A stretch of 29,395 bases of DNA from assembly GCA_964650985.1 (NCBI GenBank), contig CAZYZC010000001.1:1-29395 (forward strand). The letters are read 5' to 3'. A program made the translations under genes and the position numbers. This document shows, piece after piece, positions 1 through 12,000 of the stretch (the stretch's first letter is position 1; every line of letters starts with the position of its first letter). The notes beneath the pieces were generated by a model. The model made no database searches. It saw only the letters and a program-made list of their open reading frames with translations, and was not told the DNA's origin. This DNA is from an uncultured Planctomycetia bacterium (GTDB lineage: Bacteria > Omnitrophota > Gorgyraeia > 2-01-FULL-45-10).

Positions 1-1
1 A

Positions 2-3000
2 TATCCGGCTTTAAGAGCCGCGAGCGTCATAGTTCCGGATTCGAAATCTACGGTGCTCTTTGCGGATGACTTCAGCGACTCGAGCCTCGTTTCCGGATAC
101 TTCGGTTATCGCAGCGGCGATATAGAAAATTTATGGCAGGTGTCAAACGGCGAGACGAGGCCGCTCGATGTGACGAACATCCCCGCATACCTCGAAAAGT
201 CGTTCAGCGTACCTCAGGGCGGTGAGTATTTCCTCTCCTTCGACTGGGGGCTCTCCGCCGGAGCCGGCAAAACGATGACTATGGAGGTATATGTTGATGG
301 GGAGCTGGAAGATAGCTATACGAGGAGCGTATCGGCAGGGGCCGACGAGTCTCCGGATGGCATAGAATTCGCCGGCGGCCACTCTTATGTAGTCAGATGG
401 ACGTACCTGAATACGGGAGCGGCGGACGGCGGTACCGCGCATATAGACAATGTAAAGTTCAGCGTCGCCGGCCGTCAGGGGACAGAAGGCTACCGGACGA
501 GCGGATTTGACGTTTCCTGGCTTTTTACAGACGGCGAAGCCAGACCGCAGGACGTAACGAACATGCCCGTATCTCTGGAAAAATACTTCAGCATACCTAG
601 TATTGGTGGTACGTATGTGCTCTCCTTCGACTGGGGGCTCTCCGCCGGAGCCGGCAAAACGATGACTATGGAGGTATATGTTGATGGGGAGCTGGAAGAT
701 AGCTACACGAGGAGCGTATCGGCAGGGGCCGACGAGTCCCTGGAAGACATAGAATTCGCCGCCGGCCACTCTTATGTCGTCAGATGGACGTACGTTAATA
801 CGGGCGCGGCGGACGGCAATACCGCGCATATAGATAATGTGGAACTTTTGGAAAAGAATCCGTACCTCATCTCAAGCGTCGATAAGTTCCTGGCCTTCAT
901 GAACAATCCGGACCTTAGCGAATCGGCAGTGTATCACCTGAGCGAAGACATAGCTCTTACCGGCTTAACCTGCGTTCCCATAGGCACTAGCGCGAACCCG
1001 TTCAGGGGCAAGTTCTATGGTAACGGCCATACGATCACAGGACTTAGCCTGGCCGGGAGCGGCAATATAGGCCTTTTCGGCTATGTTGTCGGCGCCACAA
1101 TACAGGATCTGACGCTTATAAACGTTGATATTTCCGGTACCGGTTCCTCTGGAAGCTCTGCAGGCGGCCTGGCCGGTCGAGCCTACAATGCTACCATCAG
1201 AAATTGCCATATTAACGGCGGTATTGTGAAAAACGATTGGAGTTCCGGCACGAGTTACGGAGGAGGGCTCGCCGGCTATATATATGGCACCGCAATTCAT
1301 AATTCATCCGCCGCCGGGATAACCGTGGGTTACCACGGAGTTGGGGACACCACGGTATTGATAGCCGGCGGCTTAGTCGGTTATTCCCACCAAGGCTCCA
1401 GTATTAACGCCTCATCTGCTGCCGCATGTAATGTCCGCGGCCGTGATGCCGGCGGGCTTGTGGGAGAAGTGTATTTGAGTGCCTCCATAAGCGACTCTTA
1501 CGCCACCGGAACCGTTAATGGCAGCTCCAGTGCCGGCGGGCTTTTAGGGAGGAGTGCGTCTTCGGATAATACCATAAGCCGAAGCTACGCCGCGTGCAGC
1601 GTGCCTGGCGCCGGCGGATTTGTGGGCGGATTTATAGGATATCCATATTCGAGCTCTGTTCCGGAGCTAAGCGGTACAAACTGCGGTACAAACTACTGGG
1701 ATTCTACTCTTGGCGTGGCTACCGGCCTGGGGCGCGGCTATACCAGCGCGAATCTTATCGGCAAAACAACCGACGAGATGAAGGACCCGGCAACCTATGT
1801 GGGCTGGGACTTTACGGATATATGGGTGACACCCAACGGCAGCTATCCGACTCTCGTGCCGCAGGCAGTGACGTCGCCAGGGATCCCCGAATATATCGAG
1901 CGCGGCTCGGAAGATTTCAGCGGAGCGGATATGCCGGCTACTTTCCGTAGCTTCTCCACTATGGCTACGTGGGCAGTGGACGACGGCATGGCGCAGGCGC
2001 TTGATACGACAAACGTGCCGGCGTATGTGGAAAAGGTTTTTACAGCCACTATAGGGGCTTCGTATTTTCTCAAGTTTGCCTGGGGCCTCTCTCAGGGCTC
2101 CGGCAAGTCTTTGATGATGCAGATATATGTCGACGGAGAGCTCGATCCGAGTTACACGCTGGACGCCGCCTCCGGCACGATGGAACCATTGACCGGCATC
2201 GAACTTACGGCCGGCCACTCGTACACCGTCAGGTGGACTTATATGAATACCGGTGCCTCTGACGGCGAAACAGCCTGGATAGACAACATCAGGTTCGAGG
2301 AGTATTTTCTCGCTTACTCGGAAGATTTCTCATTCGACTCTCTGCCCGACGGTTATCAGGTTAATTACAACGAATTTTGGCTGTTATCGGACGGCGAAGC
2401 CAGTCCGCAGGATATAACGAACATGCCCGTATCTCTGGAAAAATACTTCAGCGTACCTCAGGGCGGTGAGTATTTTCTCTCCTTCGACTGGGGCCTCTCC
2501 GCCGGAGACGGTAAAACGATGACTATGGAGGTATATGTCGACGGGGAGCTGGATGAAAGCTACACGAGGAGCGTGTCGGCAGGGGCCGACGAGTCCCTGA
2601 ATGACATAGAATTCGCCGCCGGCCACTCTTATGTCGTCAGATGGACGTACGTTAATACGGGCGCGGCGGACGGCAATACCGCGCATATAGATAATGTGGA
2701 ACTTTTGGAAAAGAATCCGTACCTCATCTCAAGCGTCGATAAGTTCCTGGCCTTCATGAACAATCCGGACCTTAGCGAATCGGCAGTGTATCACCTGAGC
2801 GAAGACATAGCTCTTACCGGCTTAACCTGCGTTCCCATAGGCACTAGCGCGAACCCGTTCAGGGGCAAGTTCTATGGTAACGGCCATACGATCACAGGAC
2901 TTAGCCTGGCCGGGAGCGGCAATATAGGCCTTTTCGGCTATGTTGTCGGCGCCACAATACAGGATCTGACGCTTATAAACGTTGATATTTCCGGTACCGG

Positions 3001-6000
3001 TTCCTCTGGAAGCTCTGCAGGCGGCCTGGCCGGTCGAGCCTACAATGCTACCATCAGAAATTGCCATATTAACGGCGGTATTGTGAAAAACGATTGGAGT
3101 TCCGGCACGAGTTACGGAGGAGGGCTCGCCGGCTATATATATGGCACCGCAATTCATAATTCATCCGCCGCCGGGATAACCGTGGGTTACCACGGAGTTG
3201 GGGACACCACGGTATTGATAGCCGGCGGCTTAGTCGGTTATTCCCACCAAGGCTCCAGTATTAACGCCTCATCTGCTGCCGCATGTAATGTCCGCGGCCG
3301 TGATGCCGGCGGGCTTGTGGGAGAAGTGTATTTGAGTGCCTCCATAAGCGACTCTTACGCCACCGGAACCGTTAATGGCAGCTCCAGTGCCGGCGGGCTT
3401 TTAGGGAGGAGTGCGTCTTCGGATAATACCATAAGCCGAAGCTACGCCGCGTGCAGCGTGCCTGGCGCCGGCGGATTTGTGGGCGGATTTATAGGATATC
3501 CATATTCGAGCTCTGTTCCGGAGCTAAGCGGTACAAACTGCGGTACAAACTACTGGGATTCTACTCTTGGCGTGGCTACCGGCCTGGGGCGCGGCTATAC
3601 CAGCGCGAATCTTATCGGCAAAACAACCGACGAGATGAAGGACCCGGCAACCTATGTGGGCTGGGACTTTACGGATATATGGGTGACACCCAACGGCAGC
3701 TATCCGACTCTCGTGCCGCAGGCAGTGACGTCGCCAGGGATCCCCGAATATATCGAGCGCGGCTCGGAAGATTTCAGCGGAGCGGATATGCCGGCTACTT
3801 TCCGTAGCTTCTCCACTATGGCTACGTGGGCAGTGGACGACGGCATGGCGCAGGCGCTTGATACGACAAACGTGCCGGCGTATGTGGAAAAGGTTTTTAC
3901 AGCCACTATAGGGGCTTCGTATTTTCTCAAGTTTGCCTGGGGCCTCTCTCAGGGCTCCGGCAAGTCTTTGATGATGCAGATATATGTCGACGGAGAGCTC
4001 GATCCGAGTTACACGCTGGACGCCGCCTCCGGCACGATGGAACCATTGACCGGCATCGAACTTACGGCCGGCCACTCGTACACCGTCAGGTGGACTTATA
4101 TGAATACCGGCGCCTCTGACGGCGAAACGGCCTGGATAGACGACATCAGACTAGAGTGGGTGAGCGCCCCCGTTTACTCGGAAGATTTCTCAGGGGCCTC
4201 TATGCCTGACGGCTATCAGGTTAATTACGCGGGCGGATCGTGGCTCTTATCGGACGGCGAAGCCAGGGCCGCCAACATAACGAACTCTCCGGCGGTTCTC
4301 GAAAGGTCTTTCGGTGCAGCGGCCGACGGAGCGGCGCATATTCTTTCCTTCGACTGGAGCTTATCTTCAGGGGAAGGCAAATCGGTTGAGATGCAGGTGT
4401 ATGTAGACGGCGTGCTCGATCCGAGTTACGATCTCAGCCTTGCCGCCGGAACAGGCGAAACGGTAAGAGATATCAAATTTGAGGCGGGCCATTCCTATAC
4501 GGTAAGGTGGACATACGTAAACGGCGGCGAGGCGGATGGAAACACGGCGAGCATAAGCAATATAAGTTTTGTAATGAGAGGCGTGTATATCGCGACGGCC
4601 GAGGAGTTTCTGGCGTTCGCCGGCAGTCCTGCCCTGAACGACCCCACAGCCATTTATTCCCTGGGCGGAAATATCGATTTGACAGGCCTGGGCCCCATAC
4701 TGCCGATAGGTACGGCGGCCGACCCGTTCATGGGCAGATTCTACGGCAACGGATACACGATAACAGGGCTTGCCATAACCGGCGGCGACAACACGGGGCT
4801 CTTTGGATTTACGAACGGGGCCTTGATACAGGACCTCGGCCTTGTAGACGTAATGATAACGGGCGGCGATAACACCGGCGCGTTAGCCGGAAGTTGCGAG
4901 AACTCCGAGATCTGGAACTGCTACGCCACCGGGGTTGTAACCGGCGGCGGGAGCGTCGGCGGCCTCGTAGGTTACAATCTTAACTCCAGCGTAGATGATT
5001 CTTACGCGAGGTGCGCTGTTACCGCGGCCGGAGAGCGCTCCGGCGGGCTTGTGGGCTATAACCGCTATTCCTCAATAAGTAACTCGTTTGTCACGGGCAC
5101 CGTGTCCGGCACAGACGCGGTCGGCGGCCTGGCGGGGTACAACGAGAACTCGGAGATACGCAGCTCTTTCGCCACGGGCACCGTGTCCGGCACAAACGCG
5201 GTCGGCGGACTGGCGGGGTACAGCCTGGGCAACTCGGGGATATATGAATCGTACGCCGTGTGCGCCGTAACCTCCGACGGAAATTACGCCGGCGGCCTCG
5301 CGGGGCGTAACAGCGATTCCGCTGTGCGCGGTTCGTACGCAGACGGAAGCGTCAACGGGAGTTATTACGCCGGCGGCCTTATCGGGCGCAGCGACAGGTC
5401 GGATATCAGGCATTCTTACGCCATCGGCAGGGTGAGCGGGAACAGTTACGCCGGCGGCTTTATCGGGTCTGACAGCGACTCCGTAATATACGATTCTTAC
5501 GCCGCGGGAGCAGTGGCCGGAACCAGTTATGCCGCCGGTTTTATGGGAAGCTCCGTAGGTACGGTATTCGGCGGCAACAGTTACTGGAACACTACCAAAA
5601 ACCCCGATCTTCAGGGCATATGGGGCGGGGACTCTCCCGCCAATCTGCGCGGCGTTACGGACTCAGCAATGAAGATCCCGGCTACATATCAGGGATGGGA
5701 CTTCTCAGAATTATGGCAGGCCGGCGGCGGCAGGTACCCGTTCTTTAAGAGCGCCGGCGGCTCTTTGGTAACCGTCTTGTCAGATGATTTTACCGGATCC
5801 AGCCTGCCGGACGGTTATAGGATAAGCGGCGGGGCCGTGAATCCGTATTCCGCCTACCGTGACGCCTCGTTCGAAGCGCTGCGGGAGGCCGTAGCATCGG
5901 GGGCGCCGGTTATAGCCTATCTGGAGCCCGGCCATTACGTGGCCGTGGTCGGCGTGGATGAGTTCGGCAGCGTATCCCTGATAGAGAACAACCGGCCGGT

Positions 6001-9000
6001 CGGCGTTTCGAGAACGCAGTTTGAATCCAAATGGAGCGGTATCATGCTGACTTCGTATGATGCCGCCGCTTCCGGCGCTTCCGTCATGAGCTCTTCGGAG
6101 GCGCTTGCCGTAAGAGGCGCGGGCCTCAGCATATTTAGCGGGGCTACCGCGGGCTGGACAAACCCGTCGATATATGATTTCCTTCCGCGCTTCGGGTTCG
6201 CCGGCTACGATCCGTCGGCTCTTTTGCGGGAGCTTGGCGGAAACTCAATGTACAATCAATATCGCATCACGCTTATGGTTGAGCAGAGGACGCTGCGAAA
6301 CGACGAAAGCGAGTGGGCGAGCAGGTCTTACTATACCGCCAACCCCGGCAGGCTGAACGACGAATACGGACTGTTTACGGGCATGATAGAAAACCCCCAC
6401 AAGCCTCCGGAGAGACAGTCGTTCAATAAATACGTCCGGGGCAGGGCAATTGATGACATCGATGGAATACCGAGAATAGGGTACGAAGTATCGTATTATT
6501 CGAAAGATGTAGGCGATGCCGGCAGCGAATATTCGAACGAAGCCATACATATGGAGGTACTCACGGACGCGGCCGGAGATCTGTTTTTGCAGAGCATGTG
6601 GGCGCCGACGTTCGACTGGGCCACAGACAGCTCCGACGCCGACAGCGGCACAAGGCTTTCAAGGCAGATAACCGTGCTGGATCTGGATATGGCTCCTGCC
6701 GCTCGTCCCATACCCATAAACAACGATCTTATGAGGGGCTCCTACTTTAAGGTGAGGTCTGCCCTGGCCGTATTTCAGGAACTCTCCGAGTTATATAAAT
6801 CCGGCGAGCTGTCGTGCTTTACTCAGGGCGCCGCGTCCCTGATAGGCGCCTGCGCCACCGCGATAGACGCGTTATGGGCCCGGGAGGCCGTTGTCGAAGA
6901 TTCGTTCTGGACGGGGGCCCAAAGAGAGATCGGCAGATTCGCTGGCGACCTTGATACTGCATGGAAGTCTCTCCTGCGCGGTGTGGCCGCCGATATAGCT
7001 GGAGCCGGTATCGATCTTCGGGAGGTGTCGATGGACGCGTGGATACAAGGCCGGGCCTCTTTTTCCGACTGGCCCAGCTGGTACGATGACGGCGGGGATA
7101 GCGCAATCGCGGATTATACCATAGTGCGAAATGCTTACATGTCTCAACTGACCACAAACTCTATGAAACTTGGGGATGTGCTGTTCGACGGCACCCTGTC
7201 ACTTTCCGAAAAATGGGCCAAGATAGAGTCTGCTATAAAGGGAGCGTTCAGAGAGATGACGAGATACCTGTCGGGCTGGAAGGAACGCTTCGTTAACGTA
7301 TTGACTAATAAGATAGCGGCCCTGAACGTGATGGATTTTGCGAGCACTGCCGCCGCGCATTTTCTCCAGAAGCTGATCGATGATGCCGATGCCGCTAAGG
7401 CGCGCATGACCGATGCGCTCGGGAGCGATATACTGAATCCCGGCCCCGGCCCTGGCCTGGGCCTGCCGGACGTAGACGGCGTTGCTTTATCGGACGAAAG
7501 CCGCATAACCGATCCCCTGACAGCCGTTAGAGACGCTATAGACCCATTGAAGCAAAAGCTCACGAACCTAAAGGACGATCTTATCGATAGACTCACACAA
7601 GCCCGCGATGATGCCGTTCGGGCCCTCGAAGCAGCCAGGACAAAATTTACCGAAGGTATGGACGCAGTTTTAGGATCTGTTGCCGCCGGCCTTAGCAACG
7701 TTACGAGTTATTTGAGTGCCGTGATGGGGTCGGCACGCACATTGGAAGATACAGATGTCAGGTTCAGAATAGATAGCTCTAGCGAAGGTGATGAAAGCAT
7801 GAATTCCGCCCAGCCAGCCGGCGGTTTCCAAGGGCCAAGCTATACGAGCATATCGTTTGCCGGCATAATATCTCGGCCCGGGGAGGCGTTAGCAATGATA
7901 AACGAGCAACTCAGCCGCCGGCCAGATGAGCATTTAATGTCAGTTACGGTGAGCGCCGGGCGCAGATACTACACCATTCCCGATGTGGAATACACCAGAT
8001 ATGACAACGGAAATACGCTTTATGTTTCCGCCATGGATACGACATACGGCATAACATACAAGACCGGCGGTATTACTATAAGCACGCCGGAAGGCCCTGT
8101 AGTTATCGACAGTATAGGAAGATGGCGAACCGCCGACGACGGATCCGTTCAGCTCGCTGTCGCAAAGGATATTCTGGAGTATCTGTATTACGAAAGCGGC
8201 GGCACATATACAGCTATTTGTCCCGGCGGCGCCGTTGACGACGCTTCTATACTTGACGCCAATACTTTTATAAGGGACAACATCGGGAATATATACTTGA
8301 TGGCGGCCCCGGACAGGTACATCCCGATAGGGTTCTATACCGCGGCCAACGACCAGTCATATATTCACGCGTCCTCCGGTTATGCCTATAAGCTCCGGGA
8401 AGAAAGAGTATATGACAGCTACCTAATAAATCCGACAGCCAACACCGCGGAAATTACTACTATCACCACAAATTATCAGGCGGTCGACGCGACATACACC
8501 CAGCTCGATCCCGGGGTTAGTAATACCCAGAATGTGGCGCTAGTTGAGCATTTTGATATAGTGGCTATCCCCGGTTCGGGGCCAACCACGGTGCTTTATG
8601 ACGGTGATGATGAAGACATGCCTATGAGTGAGGCGCAGATGCTGCTCCTGGACAGGCCGGACAGCCTATTCTCCCTGCCGAGCGAGGATCTAAATAGAAA
8701 TGATGTGTTTGATGAGGGCGAGGATGTAAACGTTAACGGCATTTTCGAAATAAAGCCCACCGTATATATCTCGTATGTGATATCCTGCCCCGAAACACCG
8801 GGCCCTGACTACCCCGGAACCCCAGGATATTATATTTACACGCGCATGAACAGCTTCGTTCTCAGCATAGTGGGGGTCCACGCAGGCGAACTGGAGCGGG
8901 CGCTGGCGGCTTACAACGCGGCCGTGCGCGCCATGCCAGACCTGAACGGCATATTCGACTCGATAAAAACCGCGTACACCGGCCTTGTCAACACGGTCAT

Positions 9001-12000
9001 CTCTTCCATAAGGTCCCAAGTCTCGGCGGAGAGAACCATACTGAGCGCGCTTAACTCACGGATACAGGTCATAATGAACGATTATATGTCCATATTCAAT
9101 ACGCTCTCGGCAGTCCGCACTGAACTGTCCGAGGAACGCGACATAGAGCGCAGGCTGGTAGCGTCTCTCGACGAGGTGAATCCGTTCGCAAGCCTCCCGT
9201 GGGAGGTGCGCCAGAACCAGTTCATAGAGGTGCTCAAAAAGGTCGACGAATCACTAAGGCTTCTGGCTAAGCAAAACTTTACGTCCATCGGCGACAGGGT
9301 GGCAAAAAGCGTACACGATGCGTTTGCCGCGAACCCCTTCAATCAGGGTATGCCGTCATTCGGCGGCCCCGCGGACGACATACAGGACGCGATGGATAAG
9401 CTGAGCGAGCGCAGCTCTCTCAGCGGAATACTGACAAGCCTTGAAAGCACCAAGGCTAATGCCGATACGCTGGTTTTGAACCTTGAGACCAGGCTTACGA
9501 ACGCCGGGACGATAAAGCAGAGCTGCGAAGACGCCGTGAAGAACGCCAAAGAAGCCGTAGCAAAGGCAGGAATGGCAGTATCGCACTTCGATCTGAATGT
9601 ACTCGCGGACAGGATGGGAATGGATGCTTTTGGCCTCGCGGCCAATAATCTTCTTGAATGCGCGCGAAATTCACTTACGGCGGCCGAGGAAGCCTATGCT
9701 AAGGCTGCAGCCGCGGAGAAGAGCATAGAAGAGGCAGTCGATGCGGCGAAGGAGCACAGGGATCTCATACAGGAGCTCATAACTATAGAGACGGCCCTGC
9801 GCACCACGGCATCCGGCCCCGTAAGGGAAGCGCTGTCCGCGCTCAACACGCTAAAAGACAGGGCTGCCGAGCTTGCGCTGGATGCCCTTGAGTCCGGCTT
9901 GTCGGCGGCCCCGGCGGTCATAGATGGGACGGATTATTTTACAGTGCTCATCGCGGCCAGGGAAAGAGTTGATAAGATCGGGGAGATGATCGACAGGGCC
10001 GCGGAGCTCGGAGATAAGATCGTCCTTACCAAGAAATTGACAGACAAAAAGATGGTCGAGTGCAGTGAAGCTGTGGACGCGGCAAAAGAGAAGATAGGCG
10101 CCATGATCTCTGTCGCGGAGGATCTCGCCTCGGCCTCCGGAGGGCTCGCGTCAACCGCGCCTTATACCGACAGCCTGATAGCTCCCGATAGTTTGGTATC
10201 GGGAGCTATATCCAGTGAATGCGCGTTTGCGGTAGGCGAGTATGATTCAGCGGTCGTGGAAGCTGCCGAGGCTATTATAGATGAACCCGCCGCCATAAGG
10301 AGCGTGCCCGCGGACAGTTACGCCATGGACAGCGCTTACGCCTCGGATATTTCAATGGGGCGCTCTCTGGGGGCAGGCATAGAGAGAGGTCTGAGCGAGG
10401 GCGAGCGAAAGGTCAGGGCGGTCGTTTTTTCGGGAATAGACCTCGCCTCGATGTTGTCGCCGGCCAACGTTTCGTATGGATGGGATTTCGCGGGATCCGA
10501 AGGCGGCAGGCTTGTGCCGGGCGCCGCGACAGTTAGTGATATAGAAAGCATGCTTTTGAGTATAGACGAAGTGATCCTCTGTTATGCTTCACCGGCCCTT
10601 ATAGCGGCGCTTAATACCGCCAAATCAAATGCGCAAGTCGCGTTAGATGCCGCGGAAGCGTTGGCGACAGCGGCCGATACAATGTACTCCAAAGTTAAAG
10701 AGTCGCAGGAAAAAGCCCATCAGGCGCTTGAGGCCGCGACCTCCGCGGCCCTATTGGCGTTAGAGTGCGCCCCGCCAATACGCGCGGCCGCCGTAGAGGC
10801 GTATACAGGGGCAAAAGCCGCGGCCGATAAGGCGGATGCCGCCCTGGGAACTGCTCTTGAAGCCAAGAAGGGGGCCGATAATGTCCGGGACCGAATTGCA
10901 GAGCATATGCAGGGCCTTACCGATATGATAGATAATGTCACGACGCTTGGGGATGCCGGGTCAAGACTCATACAGGACGCCAAGGATGGCCTGAATACGC
11001 TTAAAGAATACGCCGATCTGCTGATCGGCGACCCCGGCAACGAAACTTATCTCAAACAGTACGAGGCATGTCGCGCCGTTGTGAGCCGGCGGCTGCAGGC
11101 GATAAAAGACACCGTAACGGCTGTGATAGACGCCGATAGCGGTATGGCGGCGCGGATGGCGGCGATAGATATCGCCCGGACCGAAGCCATCACTAAGATA
11201 GGCGAGGTTTATCCGCAGGTTTCCGGTCTGGGGATACTTGCCGGCACGCTTCGTTTGAATGCTTCGGACTTGAATACGATCGGTTCCGGCGCCGGCGTAA
11301 CGGCGGCGCTCCGGTCTCTAATAGTCGACCTGGATGCGTATTCCGGCCAGCTCGTAACGCTATCTTTGTCCGCCACAGCGGCCGCAAACGCTGCCCGGAG
11401 CCTTGCGGGCAGATTTGTGATTTCAAACATCTATTACGACGCGGCTTGTTCCGCCGGACTCACGGCCGGTATTACGCCGGTAAACAGGCTTTTACAGGTT
11501 GAGCCGGTTCTTTACACATACGGCAGCCTGTACCCGCAGAGTTACGAGCCGTGGAGGCTTGAGGACCAGGTATTCAGGTGGATCGGCTCCAGAACCTGGG
11601 ATATAGCCATGCTCATAAGCGAGGGTGCCCGTTACGGCAGTTCCCGGGCCACAGACCCTCCTTTCGACAGGTCTTCCTTCGGAGAAAGAGTAGACAAAGC
11701 CTTTGATGATCTGCAGAATGCCATAGAAGGGTTGTCTACCGTCCTGAAGGCCAATCTCGAGATCGCCGCGCGGAACTATCGAAACAGGCAGAAAATTGAG
11801 CTCAACTGGACCGCGAGCGCCGTAAGGCCCATAATAACCTGGGTCGCGAATAATGCTAATAACTACATATTGAACCGGTATCTTTCCCAGAAACGGGAGC
11901 TTGACGATATGAAGCGTGAGAGGCTTCTTGCCGTGAAGAACGCCAAAGATGAGGCGCTGAACAACCTCGTGATACAGGAATGCAATATCCGGCGCAGCCA

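Larger units (their letters stand above)
746..4110 (+). repeat. Direct repeat with 1,857-nt period: 746-2253 matches 2603-4110 (~1,508 bp, apparently identical)
   Basis: Boundaries read directly: gaa/aat difference at 743-745 vs 2600-2602, and t/c difference at 2254 vs 4111. Four off-frame ORFs in the track (965/2822, 1594/3451, 1667/3524, 1843/3700) have identical translations at +1857. Spot checks found no mismatch, but I did not align every base. Confidence 0.9.
50..5746 (+). repeat. Modular adhesin-like array B1-B2-G1-B3-B4-G2-B5-B6-G3 (B = ~125-135 aa beta-sandwich; G = GLUG beta-helix block)
   Basis: Approximate module limits from translation: B1 50-463, B2 479-850, G1 860-1855, B3 1892-2299, B4 2306-2707, G2 2717-3712, B5 3749-4156, B6 4172-4573, G3 4583-5746. 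B modules share xEDFS...W...LEK.F...LSFDW.LS.G.GK...VYVDG.L...Y...AGHSY.VRWTY.N.G..DG.TA.IDN. Confidence 0.92.

Noticed and set aside
50-5746. Repeats as a CRISPR array or mobile-element repeats
   Set aside because: The main periods I measured (81, 387 and 1,857 nt) are multiples of 3 and encode protein modules. There is no short repeat/unique spacer pattern, no terminal inverted repeats and no transposase.
6086-6088. ATG at 6086 as the start of a separate downstream gene with an N-terminal leader
   Set aside because: There is no upstream in-frame stop and no obvious Shine-Dalgarno sequence (gcttccgtc precedes it). An internal start cannot be fully excluded without ribosome profiling.
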